Shown here one piece after another: positions 1 through 11,439 of a stretch of DNA of 64,000 bases. This DNA comes from Antedon mediterranea (Eukaryota > Animalia > Echinodermata), in contig NC_092671.1 in the NCBI RefSeq assembly GCF_964355755.1, forward strand, positions 16,740,001 to 16,804,000, written 5' to 3'. The notes beneath the pieces are model-generated. The model was not told the DNA's origin. It ran no database searches and saw nothing but the letters and a program-made list of their open reading frames with translations. Both the position numbers and the translations under genes were made by a program. Every line of letters begins with the position of its first letter. Positions within the stretch are counted from its first letter, which is position 1.

Positions 1-1365
1 AACAATGTTCTATGGGGGGAGTTTAGTCCAAACAATGTTCTATGGGGTGAGTTTAATCCAAACAATGTTCTATGGGGGGAGTTTAGTCCAAACAATGTTC
101 TATGGGGTGAGTTTAATCCAAACAATGTTCTATGGGTGAGTTTAATCCAAACAATGTTCTATGGGTGAGTTTAATCCAAACAATGTTCTATGGGGGGAGT
201 TTAGTCCAAACAATGTTCTATGTGGGGTGTTTAGTCCAAACAATGTTCTATGGGTGAGTTTAATCCAAACAATGTTCTATGGGGGGAGTTTAGTCCAATC
301 AATGTTCTATGGGGGGAGTTTAGACTAAACAATGTTCTATGGGGGGAGTTTAGTCCAAACAATGTTCTATGTGGGGTGTTTAGTCCAAACAATGTTCTAT
401 GTGGGGTGTTTAGTCCAAACAATGTTCTATGGGGGGAGTTTAGTCCAATCAATGTTCTATGGGGGGAGTTTAGACTAAACAATGTTCTATGGGTGAGTTT
501 AATCCAAACAATATTCTATGGGGGGAGTTTAGTCCAAACAATGTTCTATGGGGGGTGTTTAATCCAAACAATGTTCTATGGGGGGAGTTTAGTCCAAACA
601 ATGTTCTATGAGGGGAGTTTAGTCCAAACAATGTTCTATGGGATGAGTTTAATCCAAACAATGTTCTATGGGGGGAGTTTAGTCCAAACAATGTTCTATG
701 GGGTGAGTTTAATCCAAACAATGTTCTATGGGGGGAGTTTAGTCCAAACAATGTTCTATGGGGGGAGTTTAGTCCAAACAATGTTCTATGGGGTGAGTTT
801 AATCCAAACAATGTTCTATGGGGGGAGTTTAGTCCAAACAATGTTCTATGGGGGGAGTTTAGTCCAAACAATGTTCTATGGGGTGAGTTTAATCCAAACA
901 ATGTTCTATGGGGGGAGTTTAGTCCAAACAATGTTCTATGGGGGGTGTTTAGTCCAAACAATGTTCTATGGGGAAGTTTAATCCAAACAATGTTCTATGG
1001 AGGGAGTTTAGTCCAAACAATGTTCTATGGGGGGTGTTTAGTCCAAACTATGTTCTATGGGGGGGGAGTTTAGTCCAAACAATGTTCTATGGGGTGAGTT
1101 TAATCCAAACAATGTTCTATGGGGGGAGTTTAATCCAAACAATGTTCTATGGGGGGAGTTTAGTCAAATCAATGTTCTATGGGGGGAGTTTAGACTAAAC
1201 AATGTTCTATGGATGAGTTTCGTCAAAACAATGTTCTATGGGGTGAGTTTAATCCAAACAATGTTCTATGGGGGGAGTTTAGTCCAAACAATGTTCTATG
1301 GGGTGAGTTTAATCCAAACAATGTTCTATGGGGGGAGTTTAGTCCAAACAATGTTCTATGGGAGG
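1..1365. repeat. 30-bp minisatellite (consensus AACAATGTTCTATGGGGGGAGTTTAGTCCA), about 45 copies, open at the left window edge; lies in an intron of the cytokine receptor gene
   Basis: Head-to-tail 29-31 bp units with point variants and no unique spacers. Ends in GGGCGTTTATTCG...TTTATTCAAATAAATACGG (to 1403), the terminus of the MITE family at 49656-50035. Confidence 0.97.
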
Positions 1366-1679
1366 GCGTTTATTCGATGGAGAATTTATTCAAATAAATA
1401 CGGCAATATAATGGAATAATATATATATATATATATGAAAGTAATTTGATTAATTTTTTTTTAAATGTCATGGTTCAAAATACATTAATTCATTTCTCTT
1501 GTATGAATCAGTCCTTCTTGTTGCCACATGCACTTATTTGAAAAAAATATATTTAAAATCGGTTATTTTAAATCTGCTAGAAAATTACAAATTGCCAGGC
1601 TATTATGAACGTGCAATGAGGCCCCTATAAATAGGACAAGATTATTAAAGCCAGATTCTTTGTAATAAAAATAACTTAC

Positions 1680-1771
1680 ATCCCAAACAAACACAACCTT
1701 CCGAAGAGACGGGTCATCAGGCAATACATCTTCCGATAGTTTTCTTAGATTAGAAACCTTCCCACTTGGAG
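1680..1771 (-). CDS. Class I cytokine receptor (gp130-like), coding exon 7: start of a membrane-proximal FN3 domain, APSGKVSNLRKLSEDVLPDDPSLRKVVFVWD; gene continues beyond position 1
   Basis: tattttcag acceptor, gtaagt donor, 92 nt, phase 1 to 0, in frame with the WSEWS exon; AP..R.V...W pattern of FN3 strands A-B. Confidence 0.88.
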
Positions 1772-2056
1772 CTGAAAATAAGACATATAAAACACATCAA
1801 TCAAACATGTATTAATCTTAAATAAAAACAAGTAGCATCATGAAAAAAAAAATAACGATTCAGTTTTGAGGGCTTACCGTAGGGCATGGGTATGTATGAT
1901 AGTTAAAATACTATGTGGACAATGAAAATGAACAAATTAAAGACCCATTTACACAGACGAGCGGTAATGGTAAGTTGGAAACAAAAATATAGAATCTGTG
2001 TTATTTCTTATGACCATATACACAGAACGCCGAGTGTGGACGGGTGTTTGAACGGA

Positions 2057-2150
2057 AAGAGGATAGAAACAGATTTTTTAAAGAGGATAGAAACAGATTT
2101 TATAAAGAGAATAGAAACAGATTTTATAAAGAGGATAGAAACAGATTTTA
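2057..2150. repeat. 24-bp tandem repeat x4 (AAAGAGGATAGAAACAGATTTTAT)
   Basis: Directly visible; explains the KRIETDFI repeats in ORF 1913..2281. Confidence 0.92.
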
Positions 2151-2239
2151 TTTTGTCAAAATACAACATGGTAAATTTGGATTCTGGCCAATTAACGGTT
2201 TTCTGCAAATTGGCCTTTAAAGTTGGTAATGAAAACCAC

Positions 2240-2434
2240 CCGATTCCCAGTACTGTATCTCCACATACAACCTATTTCTGAGGAATATTTGGCAATACAG
2301 CATCACATGGGTGCCAGTCATGTAAGGTTAGGTTAAGAATTTGGTTGCTATTAGATACATGTGAAACACATGTGATGTTGTATTACCAAATATTTCTATG
2401 ATACTTTGGAAATAGCTACAGTACCAAGAATCGG
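2240..2434. mobile_element. Foldback/MITE-like imperfect palindrome of about 195 bp
   Basis: CCGATTCCCAGTACTGTATCT pairs with AGCTACAGTACCAAGAATCGG; AATATTTGGCAATACAGCATCACATG pairs with CATGTGATGTTGTATTACCAAATATT. Confidence 0.7.
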
Positions 2435-2453
2435 CTGACGAAAACAAACATAC

Positions 2454-2610
2454 CTTCGTTAAGAGTTACTATCTCAAACTCGTCAGACCATTCACTCCAC
2501 TCTTGAAAATTGAATATATGTCGTGCTCGGATGCTGATCTCATAGGTGGTAAAGGGATGAAGATCATCAATTATTTTCTCCATAACCGATGTACAGTCAT
2601 CAATACTTTT
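2454..2610 (-). CDS. Class I cytokine receptor, coding exon 6 with WSXWS motif: KSIDDCTSVMEKIIDDLHPFTTYEISIRARHIFNFQEWSEWSDEFEIVTLNE
   Basis: tattgtag acceptor, gtatgt donor, 157 nt, phase 0 to 1; FN3 tyrosine corner LHPFTTY, IRAR strand and WSEWS at 2485-2499. Confidence 0.95.
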
Positions 2611-3545
2611 CTACAATACAATAAAATATCTGTAAGTATAGCAAGTTAGGAGAAATAGTGCAACCTTGTGTGTGAATTGTGAGTTCTTATACAAGTAAAC
2701 CTATTTTCATTGCTTCAAACCAGTCTACTGCCCTCTATAACTTTTTGTTTGTTTGTAATATTTATTGCTATTCATAATATACACAATACAATTCATTATA
2801 ATTTGAAATTAAACAAAGTCATACAGAAACTAAATAAGTATTATGTTATGGTATAACAGAGGATAACCCTTTAACCTAGGAAGCTTGTTTCAGAAGAGGT
2901 CCTCGACAATTATTAAATGAACATCTAAACATTTGATTAACATAAAAAAAAACATAGAAAAGATATTATTTAGTTTTATACAATTTAAATTACTTTAATT
3001 AATAGATGAAATAACAATATAGTATTTCATTTTTTTATACACTTTTCATCCTCTTTCATTTCAAGTCCATAATAGTTCTTCTTCCTTAAACTACCAAGAA
3101 ATGTTTATTAATTACATAAATATAAATTTTAATTCAGATGGGTTATTCATATATTAAAAAGAAAACATATGTTTAGTTCTAATATTTTAATAAAAGGGAC
3201 AAACTGTAGTGAAGTTCACATACTGTAAAAGCAGACTCTAGGCCTATTTAAAAAACAAGCAGTAGGTTTACCCAGATCCATGGCTTCAATTGTTACATAT
3301 CTGCATGATATTTGTGACACCGTTTTTCCTTATCATACCTGTATGTTTATCCAATCTATTTAAAGTTACAGGGCTTTTTTTTTGGTTATACTCTTTACAA
3401 GTTCTTATAATGAACTTAAGTTCATTTGAAATTTATAAAAATCAAAAACTATAAATCATTGGTGCTGCCACAAACACTCCAATGGCATACTGCCAGAACA
3501 TGTCTGCTGCAGACGATAAATGCAGTATGAATGAGGTCACCTTAC

Positions 3546-3712
3546 CGTCGATTTATCCAATTCAGGTTCCACTGGACTGACTTTCTTTCTATAACCCAAT
3601 TCACATTCAAGTTCGTAATGTGGTGGCCATTGATATGGTAAACCCCATGTCATGTTCAACCTATATCCATCCAAAGCTTCTCCGTCTAAATGTTGTGGTG
3701 GGTAAGGTATAG
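3546..3712 (-). CDS. Class I cytokine receptor, coding exon 5: AIPYPPQHLDGEALDGYRLNMTWGLPYQWPPHYELECELGYRKKVSPVEPELDKST
   Basis: ctttttag acceptor, gtaagg donor, 167 nt, phase 1 to 0; P.PP hinge, L..TW..P and L.YR motifs of the second domain of the cytokine-binding module. Confidence 0.93.
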
Positions 3713-4182
3713 CTAAAAAGAAACAAAATAAAAATACATTTATTCTCTAAAATAATATTCAGTGCTTGCTAGAATCAATTTGCATACATACACACCTTTT
3801 TCAAATGTTCCAACCACAATTTAACAATTTTCGGGAGGCTTACATGCGTTGATGAATTTTACGCGTTTTAACAGATTTGACGCAATTTAACAGATTTGAT
3901 CACTAAAAAATACACTGCACAAACAGCACTTTAATGTCTACCAGAGTTGCATCGCACATTCTAGCAACTCATCAGATGTAATTACATATTAAATACAAAA
4001 ATAACATTCTAAAAAAACAGAATTCAAACAGTAAAAATGGGTTTGAAAAACTTTAGTAATATTCGGGAGATTGGATGAAAATTCAAAGAGGCTCCCAGAG
4101 AAATCAGGAGAAATTCCAACAAAATAGTGCAAGTGCTTAATCAATGGGATAACGTTCGGAATTTGTTGCCCTTCAAACGAAC

Positions 4183-4373
4183 CTTCAAATGATGGATGAA
4201 TATATGAACTTGATGTTACATTTCCCAGTTCATTTGATGCTATAACTTCCACAATGTATTGATATAAGTTATAATCCACATCATTGTCTGCAGATACTGT
4301 ACATGATAGCAAATTTTCATCTTCAACACGTCGTAGCTCCGGACAGTTTTTCCAATTATTTGATGATGATCCG
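4183..4373 (-). CDS. Class I cytokine receptor, coding exon 4: HGSSSNNWKNCPELRRVEDENLLSCTVSADNDVDYNLYQYIVEVIASNELGNVTSSSYIHPSFE
   Basis: ttttatag acceptor, gttcgt donor, 191 nt, phase 2 to 1; second Cys pair (CP...SC) and Y...V.ASN.LG motif typical of gp130-family domain 2. Confidence 0.92.
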
Positions 4374-4678
4374 CTATAAAAACAAATCAAACATATACTA
4401 GTCCACACAAACACAGCCGCTATCACATACAGCCACTGTGCAATTGGCACTGGACCGTTGAATAAATTAAAATAATATATAGTATAAGTATGGGAAGACG
4501 CAAGCACAATTGCAATTCCTTTTAGCTCTCTAATCTAGAGTACTACTGTACATACAGTTATATATATTTTTATTTTATTCATTTTATTCTATTTCATCAT
4601 TATCAATGTATGCTCCTACATTAGTATTCACATAATACCTGGTTTATGTCATATTACTTAAGCAAATTAATAACTTAC

Positions 4679-4808
4679 TGTGAAGGCTTGTAACGGAAAT
4701 ATGTGTCTGTAAAAAATCGATGAGAACCCTGAACAACCTCCCATTGACACCAGAAAGACCTGATAGTTCTGCAATAGCACACAAAGTTTTTCACTTTATC
4801 AGGTTTAT
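4679..4808 (-). CDS. Class I cytokine receptor, coding exon 3: YKPDKVKNFVCYCRTIRSFWCQWEVVQGSHRFFTDTYFRYKPS
   Basis: tttttccag acceptor, gtaagt donor, 130 nt, phase 1 to 2; C-x9-C-x-W signature preceded by the GY.P....N..C linker. Confidence 0.93.
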
Positions 4809-5278
4809 CTGGAAAAACAAAAACATTTGATATCAGTAGAAACAAAATGCCAGAAAAGTATGAGCAAAGCGACGTGTTTCTTAAAATCAGTTCCTGTTCG
4901 GATCCAATCCATCAAATAAAATCACACATCAATGTTTTCTGTTTGTTTTCCATGTGCCTATGCACAACTCTTTTTCATGAAAAAGAAAAGCCGTATGTGC
5001 AAACCTGGTCTAGCCAGACCGGAGGAGGTGTGAAAAACTCTTTAGCCTTAATAAACAATTGAGGTAAACAAAAAAAAGCCGTCCTTAATTGTATATAAAC
5101 ATCAAAAAACATACATTACACTGTAGGTATTAGCAGTCTTTCCTGTGCATAATAAATTTCAGGCCGATTTAAAAAAGTACGAACAAAATCTTGATTCAAT
5201 GAAGTATAGTATAAATTAATTTTACTTGATAAATAACCATGCTTTGTAAAAATTAAGAAATGCAGATAGCATACTTAC

Positions 5279-5545
5279 ATCCAATATGTACTACTGACGC
5301 GTCATAATTACTCAAATCATCGGGCAATGCACAACAGTAAGTGGTGTCCCCTAGATATGGTATTAAATGAAGCTCAGAGACACTGTCGTTTACTATTCTA
5401 ATTGAACTATCTGGCATAAATTCCCTGGACTGACCGACAAACGCGTACCACACCAAATCTCTCGCTGTCCACATGTTCGATTCCAAGTGACAGCGCAAGG
5501 TCACATTTGTACCGTTCTCATAATATGGATCTTTTGGTATAATAG
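5279..5545 (-). CDS. Class I cytokine receptor, coding exon 2: Ig-like domain TIIPKDPYYENGTNVTLRC...LVWY...VSELHL...YCC...VVHIG
   Basis: ttttattccag acceptor, gtaagt donor, 267 nt, phase 1 to 1; Ig pattern VTL.C, W, Y.C inside ORF 5253..5579. Confidence 0.93.
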
Positions 5546-6615
5546 CTGGAATAAAATAATATGACAAATTAGTAAACAAGTGGGTATAAACAGATTGAAT
5601 TTTAAATATGCTTTATTTATACTTTAGCTCCTACTACTCTGCTTTTATTAAAAAAACACCATTTATTGATCGACTGCTTGTAATAGGAATACAGTACTTA
5701 CTGATTAAAAATAATACCATTATTAATATCATTATAAATTTACAGATAAATTAGTTTTTCTATTTATTAATAACAAAATAATACTATTTAAAGTAACAAC
5801 ATTCAGATTTAGAAATTCTATGAATAAAACCTACTTTACAGTGTGTTGTTTTTACAATTTAATAAACAACCACTCTAAATGGAACAAGCAAGACTATCAA
5901 TTGTATTAAAGACCACAAACCAATCCAGTAGTATAATTAATCCGTGACACTAACAATGGGAATCAGTCACTGGCTACTAAATTGCAGATATATTAATAGA
6001 ATAGCTCACCATAAGATATTAGAATGTACAACAGTATTAACAATTTACGCAAAAGATTTTGGTTCTAAGCTTTTATTTATAGTGCATAAACGTTTTCATT
6101 GTGAATATGCATTACAAATATTACATAAAAAGATATGTATTTTATCACAACGTAATTTATCTGTTCTATGTACTTATTGAATTTTAAGAGGGCCCATGAA
6201 TATCTGGCATTAATTTGTCTAGTTGAAAGGGTTACCCTCTATAAATAAATTTGAAATAAAACAAAAATAAAAAGATCAAAATATGTTATTCATTGAATAA
6301 AGTTTTACAGTATCTTGAGGAATTTTACTGTACTGTATACAAGGGTCTCTATACAAGGTACAGTAAAAAAAGACCCAGCTAGTGTCCTTTTTTTCTAAAA
6401 TAGATTTTAACCAATCACCATCATTCCCTTTACAATTAACCACCTCAAGAAGGGAAAAGTGAATTGTTAGATATTGGGAATAAGTGGGAATGCGCCCAAG
6501 CAACAGTTTCTTTCTTATGGAATTATCAAATTTCATACAAGATGTTCGCCCAAATCAATCACATTTCAGTTTCTAACGCAAGTCTCAACACTTTGCTGTT
6601 ACAATGTTAATATGA

Positions 6616-6680
6616 CATTGCTTGCGATACGAAAGCATAGCATAAATAGATCTGAACATATCCTAAGTCATAAACCGCAT
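6616..6680. repeat. Fragment of a dispersed repeat, second copy at about 57883-57945
   Basis: Both sites share ACATTGCTTGCGATACGAAAGCATA...GATCTGAACATA.CCTAAGT. Confidence 0.75.
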
Positions 6681-9004
6681 CTTTCATTAACTTACTGTTC
6701 AACCCCATAAATAAACAACCCTTTTTATTTAGTAGAAAATTAGTGATATCTGTCCATCATCATATCATATGACTGCCGAACAATTATTCAAGTTCAAAAT
6801 GTTAATACATTCAATCATATTTTCCAAATTAATTCTTTGTTTTTAACATCTGGTGTGAATGGCAATAAAAATACTACGTTACTTCTACATCATTTATCTT
6901 CACCTTTACCCTGACACATCAAATAGGTGTTTATTGAGTGTGAAAATCCCCAAGATGTTTCGTTTAAACTTTTAACCTATTGCAAAAACAAGTGACCCAC
7001 AAATCTGTGTCCCTTTCAACTCAAATTATTTCATATGAGAATTAGAATTAGCAAGTAATAATAATTTTAATGTTTACACTTTGGAACCCATGTCTTATTG
7101 AGTTTATACTGCAGTTGTTAACATAGTAGTAGCTTATTATAAACATCTGCATGTATATATTGTAGGCCTACTATAATTCACTGTTAAAAAAAGAATTTGT
7201 GCCCTAAAGATTTGTGCGATGATAAAAATAACAGTTTAAATATTTAAAGGTTTTGTTTTCCAGTTCCTGTGTACTGGTTCTTTCCAGGGTTCACTTCTAC
7301 AACCTAAATTACATATATCAGAATGTTATCCAAAAAATCAAGTATAACGTTATTCATAAAAACTTATAATCATAAGCTACTGTTTTCTATTCCATATTAG
7401 TATACAGTAACTGTGCATTATTAATAGATAGAGTATTAGGTTTCTATAACTTCTGGTTTCTAACTACCATTTATTTCAATAACTTCCTATAATACAAAAT
7501 CAGTTTTGAATAATAATTTCCGTTGAATTGCAAGAGTTGCAATATTACAGTCATTTACAATGTCAGGAATATTTTGCAAAAACTGATTATACAGTCAATA
7601 AAAAATAAAAAGGATTAGTAAACTATGGAATGCTACAACAAAAACAAATTAACTGTGTACAGTATATTATCTATGCCATTAATATTTGGTTCGTCTAAGT
7701 TTGTTGGATACTTTAAACTTAATGTTAAAACTAATATATCTGAAGTAAAAGTTAGTCCATCAAGGATCCATTTTTATCGAATATTTTATCTCTAAACTGT
7801 TCATCTTAACCAAATGTTTTAGTATCTAACGTACAGTACGTTTTTACTGTATAATCCTAGACTATTGAGGACAACAAAACTTCTGAATATTAATTATATA
7901 ATAATAATAATAACTTTTCGTTTTATTTATTTTAAAGTACCATCAAATTCACTGTACTGTACACAGCAACAACACTGGTTGGTACTGTAGTTTATGGGTG
8001 TCGGGAAAAAAATGAAAATTTTAAAATTCAATTTGAGAAAGCCATGATATTGAAAAGTCAGTGATCCATGGATACAACTTGTGTTTCATACTGTACTCAT
8101 AATTCATGTCAGTATTTCGAAAAGGTCAAACAATGATATATAAATTGTATACACTTTTATGATAATTTTCTACTAAACAGTACAGTATATTCATGTTAAT
8201 TATTCTAGTCCTCAAGCTTAACTGGAAACTGAGGAAATTTGGATTAGGCCATTCACAGACCCATGGCAGCCTGCAGTGCTGGAAGGAGATATATTAACAT
8301 TTTATTAAAAATGGACTTATACAATAATCTATTTGATTGTATATAAATTGGTAGTTAGGGGTGTTACACTAAAAATTTCTCTTTTAGTCCTCCATTTGGT
8401 GGATAAAGGGCTAATATCCTTTTAACCAGGTAAGCTGCCACGAAATAGGAAAGACGTTGTTCCTCCAATCGTATACAAATTTTTAGACAATTGATCAATG
8501 GAATACTGTAGTTACAACTACTAACCTCGTTTTGTATTCATCAGGAAGGACCACATAAAATGAGTGGTCTCTAATTAGAGGTATTCCTTAATTTTATTTA
8601 ATTATTCATTTACTCACACTACCACCTGTAATTTATTTACTTTTAATGTGAATTTTATCTGTTCTAATTCAAGTCCATAATTACACTTTATCCAAATCAA
8701 TATTTTGTGTAGGTTAGCCTGCACTCAATTCACAGTCCGCTATTAGAAAGGGTTGATTAAAGCAGTGCGGATATGCTTCACATGCCATTCATTTTGAAAT
8801 CAATATCCACGATGAAAATAAAAGCTGTATAGTCTCTATGGAATGATATTACTAGAGTGGAAACAAACAACATCTTAAAATTCATATAATGTTAGGAGAA
8901 AAAACTGTAGTTAATAATAATTCTCAATTATGACAATATGATTAGTAAGGAAAAATAATACAGTAAGTGTTACTGTTAGAGAGAAATAAGATTAATCATG
9001 ACTA

Positions 9005-9145
9005 CTGTAGTAAAGCTGTAGCTGCCTTCCAATTCCAAGGTCCGGGGTTCAATCCTGACGTACAGGTAGTGCCACCAGGGTTTCAACTCGCAACTGTTTC
9101 AAATCCACTCCCTAAGTCTCAAATGAGTTTATAAGCACGATAAAA
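9005..9145 (+). mobile_element. Degraded tRNA-derived SINE fragment
   Basis: B-box GGTTCAATCC at about 9046 with a degenerate A-box upstream; no complete cloverleaf. Confidence 0.5.
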
Positions 9146-9331
9146 TTATAAAATAGTTTATCCATCTTGTAATTGGCAAGTTACACACTGTTGAATGTAT
9201 ATGAAATTTTAAAAAAATAATTAAAAATAGTGTTTATAATTTGATACTGCATATTATATTCAGTAGCTGCATTAAATAACCAAAAGCATGCAATCAATTT
9301 TAAAACAAAGATTCGTATATAATAACACTAT

Positions 9332-10211
9332 GGGCCTGTTTCTGCTGAGCAGAAATAATCGATTATTAACCGTTTATTTTTTTAATCGATTATTTTTGGG
9401 CAGCAGAAACGGCGCAAAATAAAATAACCGATTAAAAACACTCAATCCATTGCGTGTTTTAATCGATTATTAACCGATTATTGCGGAGCAGTTTTGAGCT
9501 GCAACACAAATAGCGATTATTGACCTCACTTTGACCTCTAGAGTATGACAAACTTATTCACGTAACAAAGCATGCTGTTTTGCACGATATCGACGACGAT
9601 CAGCAAAATCACGATCGCGATGTATACCGAATAACAATCAAATGTTAAACATTTGATTTGTATTATTTTGTGGGGGAGAATTATACCGAGAGACTCCAGG
9701 ATTCTGTGTTACAAGTACACCCGTTACATACCACCAGTCCAGGCTAACGATGTTTTACATGTCATTTTTTAGGCCTGTTGTCTGTTGACTTGTTTCGGTA
9801 GAAATATATAGCCTATATAGGCCTAGCAGGCCGAAGGTAGAACCAACGAACGGCGAAACAAACTTTTTTCGCCGACGTGTCCTTATTAATATAACATCAT
9901 TATTTTGTTGTATGTGGTACGGTAGTAGGCCTAGATGTTTATTTTACAAATAATAGCTTTACGTAAGAGTAATTTTTAATCCTACATGTGAGAGTTTTAG
10001 GCAGCGATAGGATGTTAAAACAAACCAACTCTCATCGGCCTTTCATAACTTGAACTCCGCTGTGGGGGGAATGATGACGTGATTTTAAAAACCGATTACC
10101 TGAATAACCGATTAAAGTTGTAGCAATTTTCAATTGCAACGCGATTATTTTTGTGGTTTGCGGTGACTGGAAAAAATCGATTATTTTGATTTTTTCAGCA
10201 GAAACAGACCC
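9332..10211. mobile_element. Non-autonomous PIF/Harbinger-like DNA transposon (880 bp)
   Basis: TIRs GGGCCTGTTTCTGCTG / CAGCAGAAACAGACCC (15 of 16), 3-bp TSD TAT, repeated subterminal AATCGATTA/TAACCGATTA motifs, no ORF. Confidence 0.88.
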
Positions 10212-11038
10212 TATAATGAAGATATAAGAACATATTGATGAAGAAACTCTGCAAAAACATCTGCACATCGACCTGGTATGACCTGGTCATTATAACGCAA
10301 AATATGCAAGTGTGACATTATTGTACAGTACATTATATTAAACTAAATTTAACCAAAGTGGAAATAAAAGAAAATTATGAATGGTTTTTTTTTAAATTGT
10401 AAGAATAAACAGGATATTGATGACAAGTTTGAAGGATCTGTTCTCCCTTTAGGCAACTCATTTTGAATTCACCCACCTACAGTATTAACCCACCATATCC
10501 TTTCAAGAATACAACATTTATTCTGTTACTACTAGTTACTACTACATATATAGCACTAACTTAAATGTATTTTGTGTAAAAGATAAAAATGATTTTTATA
10601 GCGCAATTTCCGCAAAAGCGCTCATGGTACTGTGAAAAAAAAAGGATAAAGGAGGATTTTAAAAATTAAGTAAAATTTAAATATGTACAGTAAGCACAGC
10701 ATTTTTCCGCTGGTAACAATTAACATTTGCAATGCCTCCCACTCAATCTTATCATTATTTTGCAATAAATGATGATGATCGAACTTTCCCTCCAGTCTTG
10801 TCCCTTCAGTTGTCACTGATGTCATGTTAAAAGTAAGATATAAATTTCAAACTGCAGATTTCTGAAAAAAATGACAATGCTGTGGCTACAGTATCAGTGG
10901 CTGGAAATCGTATGAAGATACAATTTATCTAATAATCAATTTAAGCTAAATCAAAACAGCCAGAAAGGATTTGCAGAGCTTTCAGGTAGCATAGCACTAA
11001 CCCCTTCCTCGGTAAAATTCCTCCTCAGTGCAAGTGAG

Positions 11039-11439
11039 AGTACTTGGAGATATTGTAAGAACTTGTGAGTGGATTGGAATAAAAGAAAGTATAACAAAGC
11101 TAAAGGCGATAACATGCTGATGAATAGAGGGTGGAGAGAGTAGGAGTAGCAACGGTACATAGCTTGGTACACATTTATAAACAATTATGTTATTTATCAT
11201 ACTAATTTAATTTAAGACAAAGATATTACTGTATACCCTTTGGGGTATTCCTATTCAGGGAACAAACAGAGTACTTGGAGATATTGTAAGAACTTGTGAG
11301 TGGATTGGAATAAAACAAAGGCGATAACATGCTGATGAATAGAGGGTGGAGAGAGTAGGAGTAGCAACGATACATAGCTTGGTACACATTTATAAACAAT
11401 ATTATACCCTTTGGGGTATTCCTATTCAGGGAACAAACA
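11039..11439. repeat. Local imperfect duplication with A-x-B-A'-B' layout
   Basis: 11039-11186 recurs at about 11270-11402 with a small deletion; TATACCCTTTGGGGTATTCCTATTCAGGGAACAAACA occurs at 11232 and 11403. Confidence 0.85.

Noticed and set aside
231-1419. Repetitive ORFs up to 243 aa, and a CRISPR-like look of the array
   Set aside because: Translations of a stop-poor 30-bp minisatellite, open on both strands; no unique spacers, no cas genes, eukaryotic intron context.
1913-2281. 122-aa ORF with KRIETDFI repeats
   Set aside because: Intronic, antisense to the receptor, driven by a 24-bp repeat.
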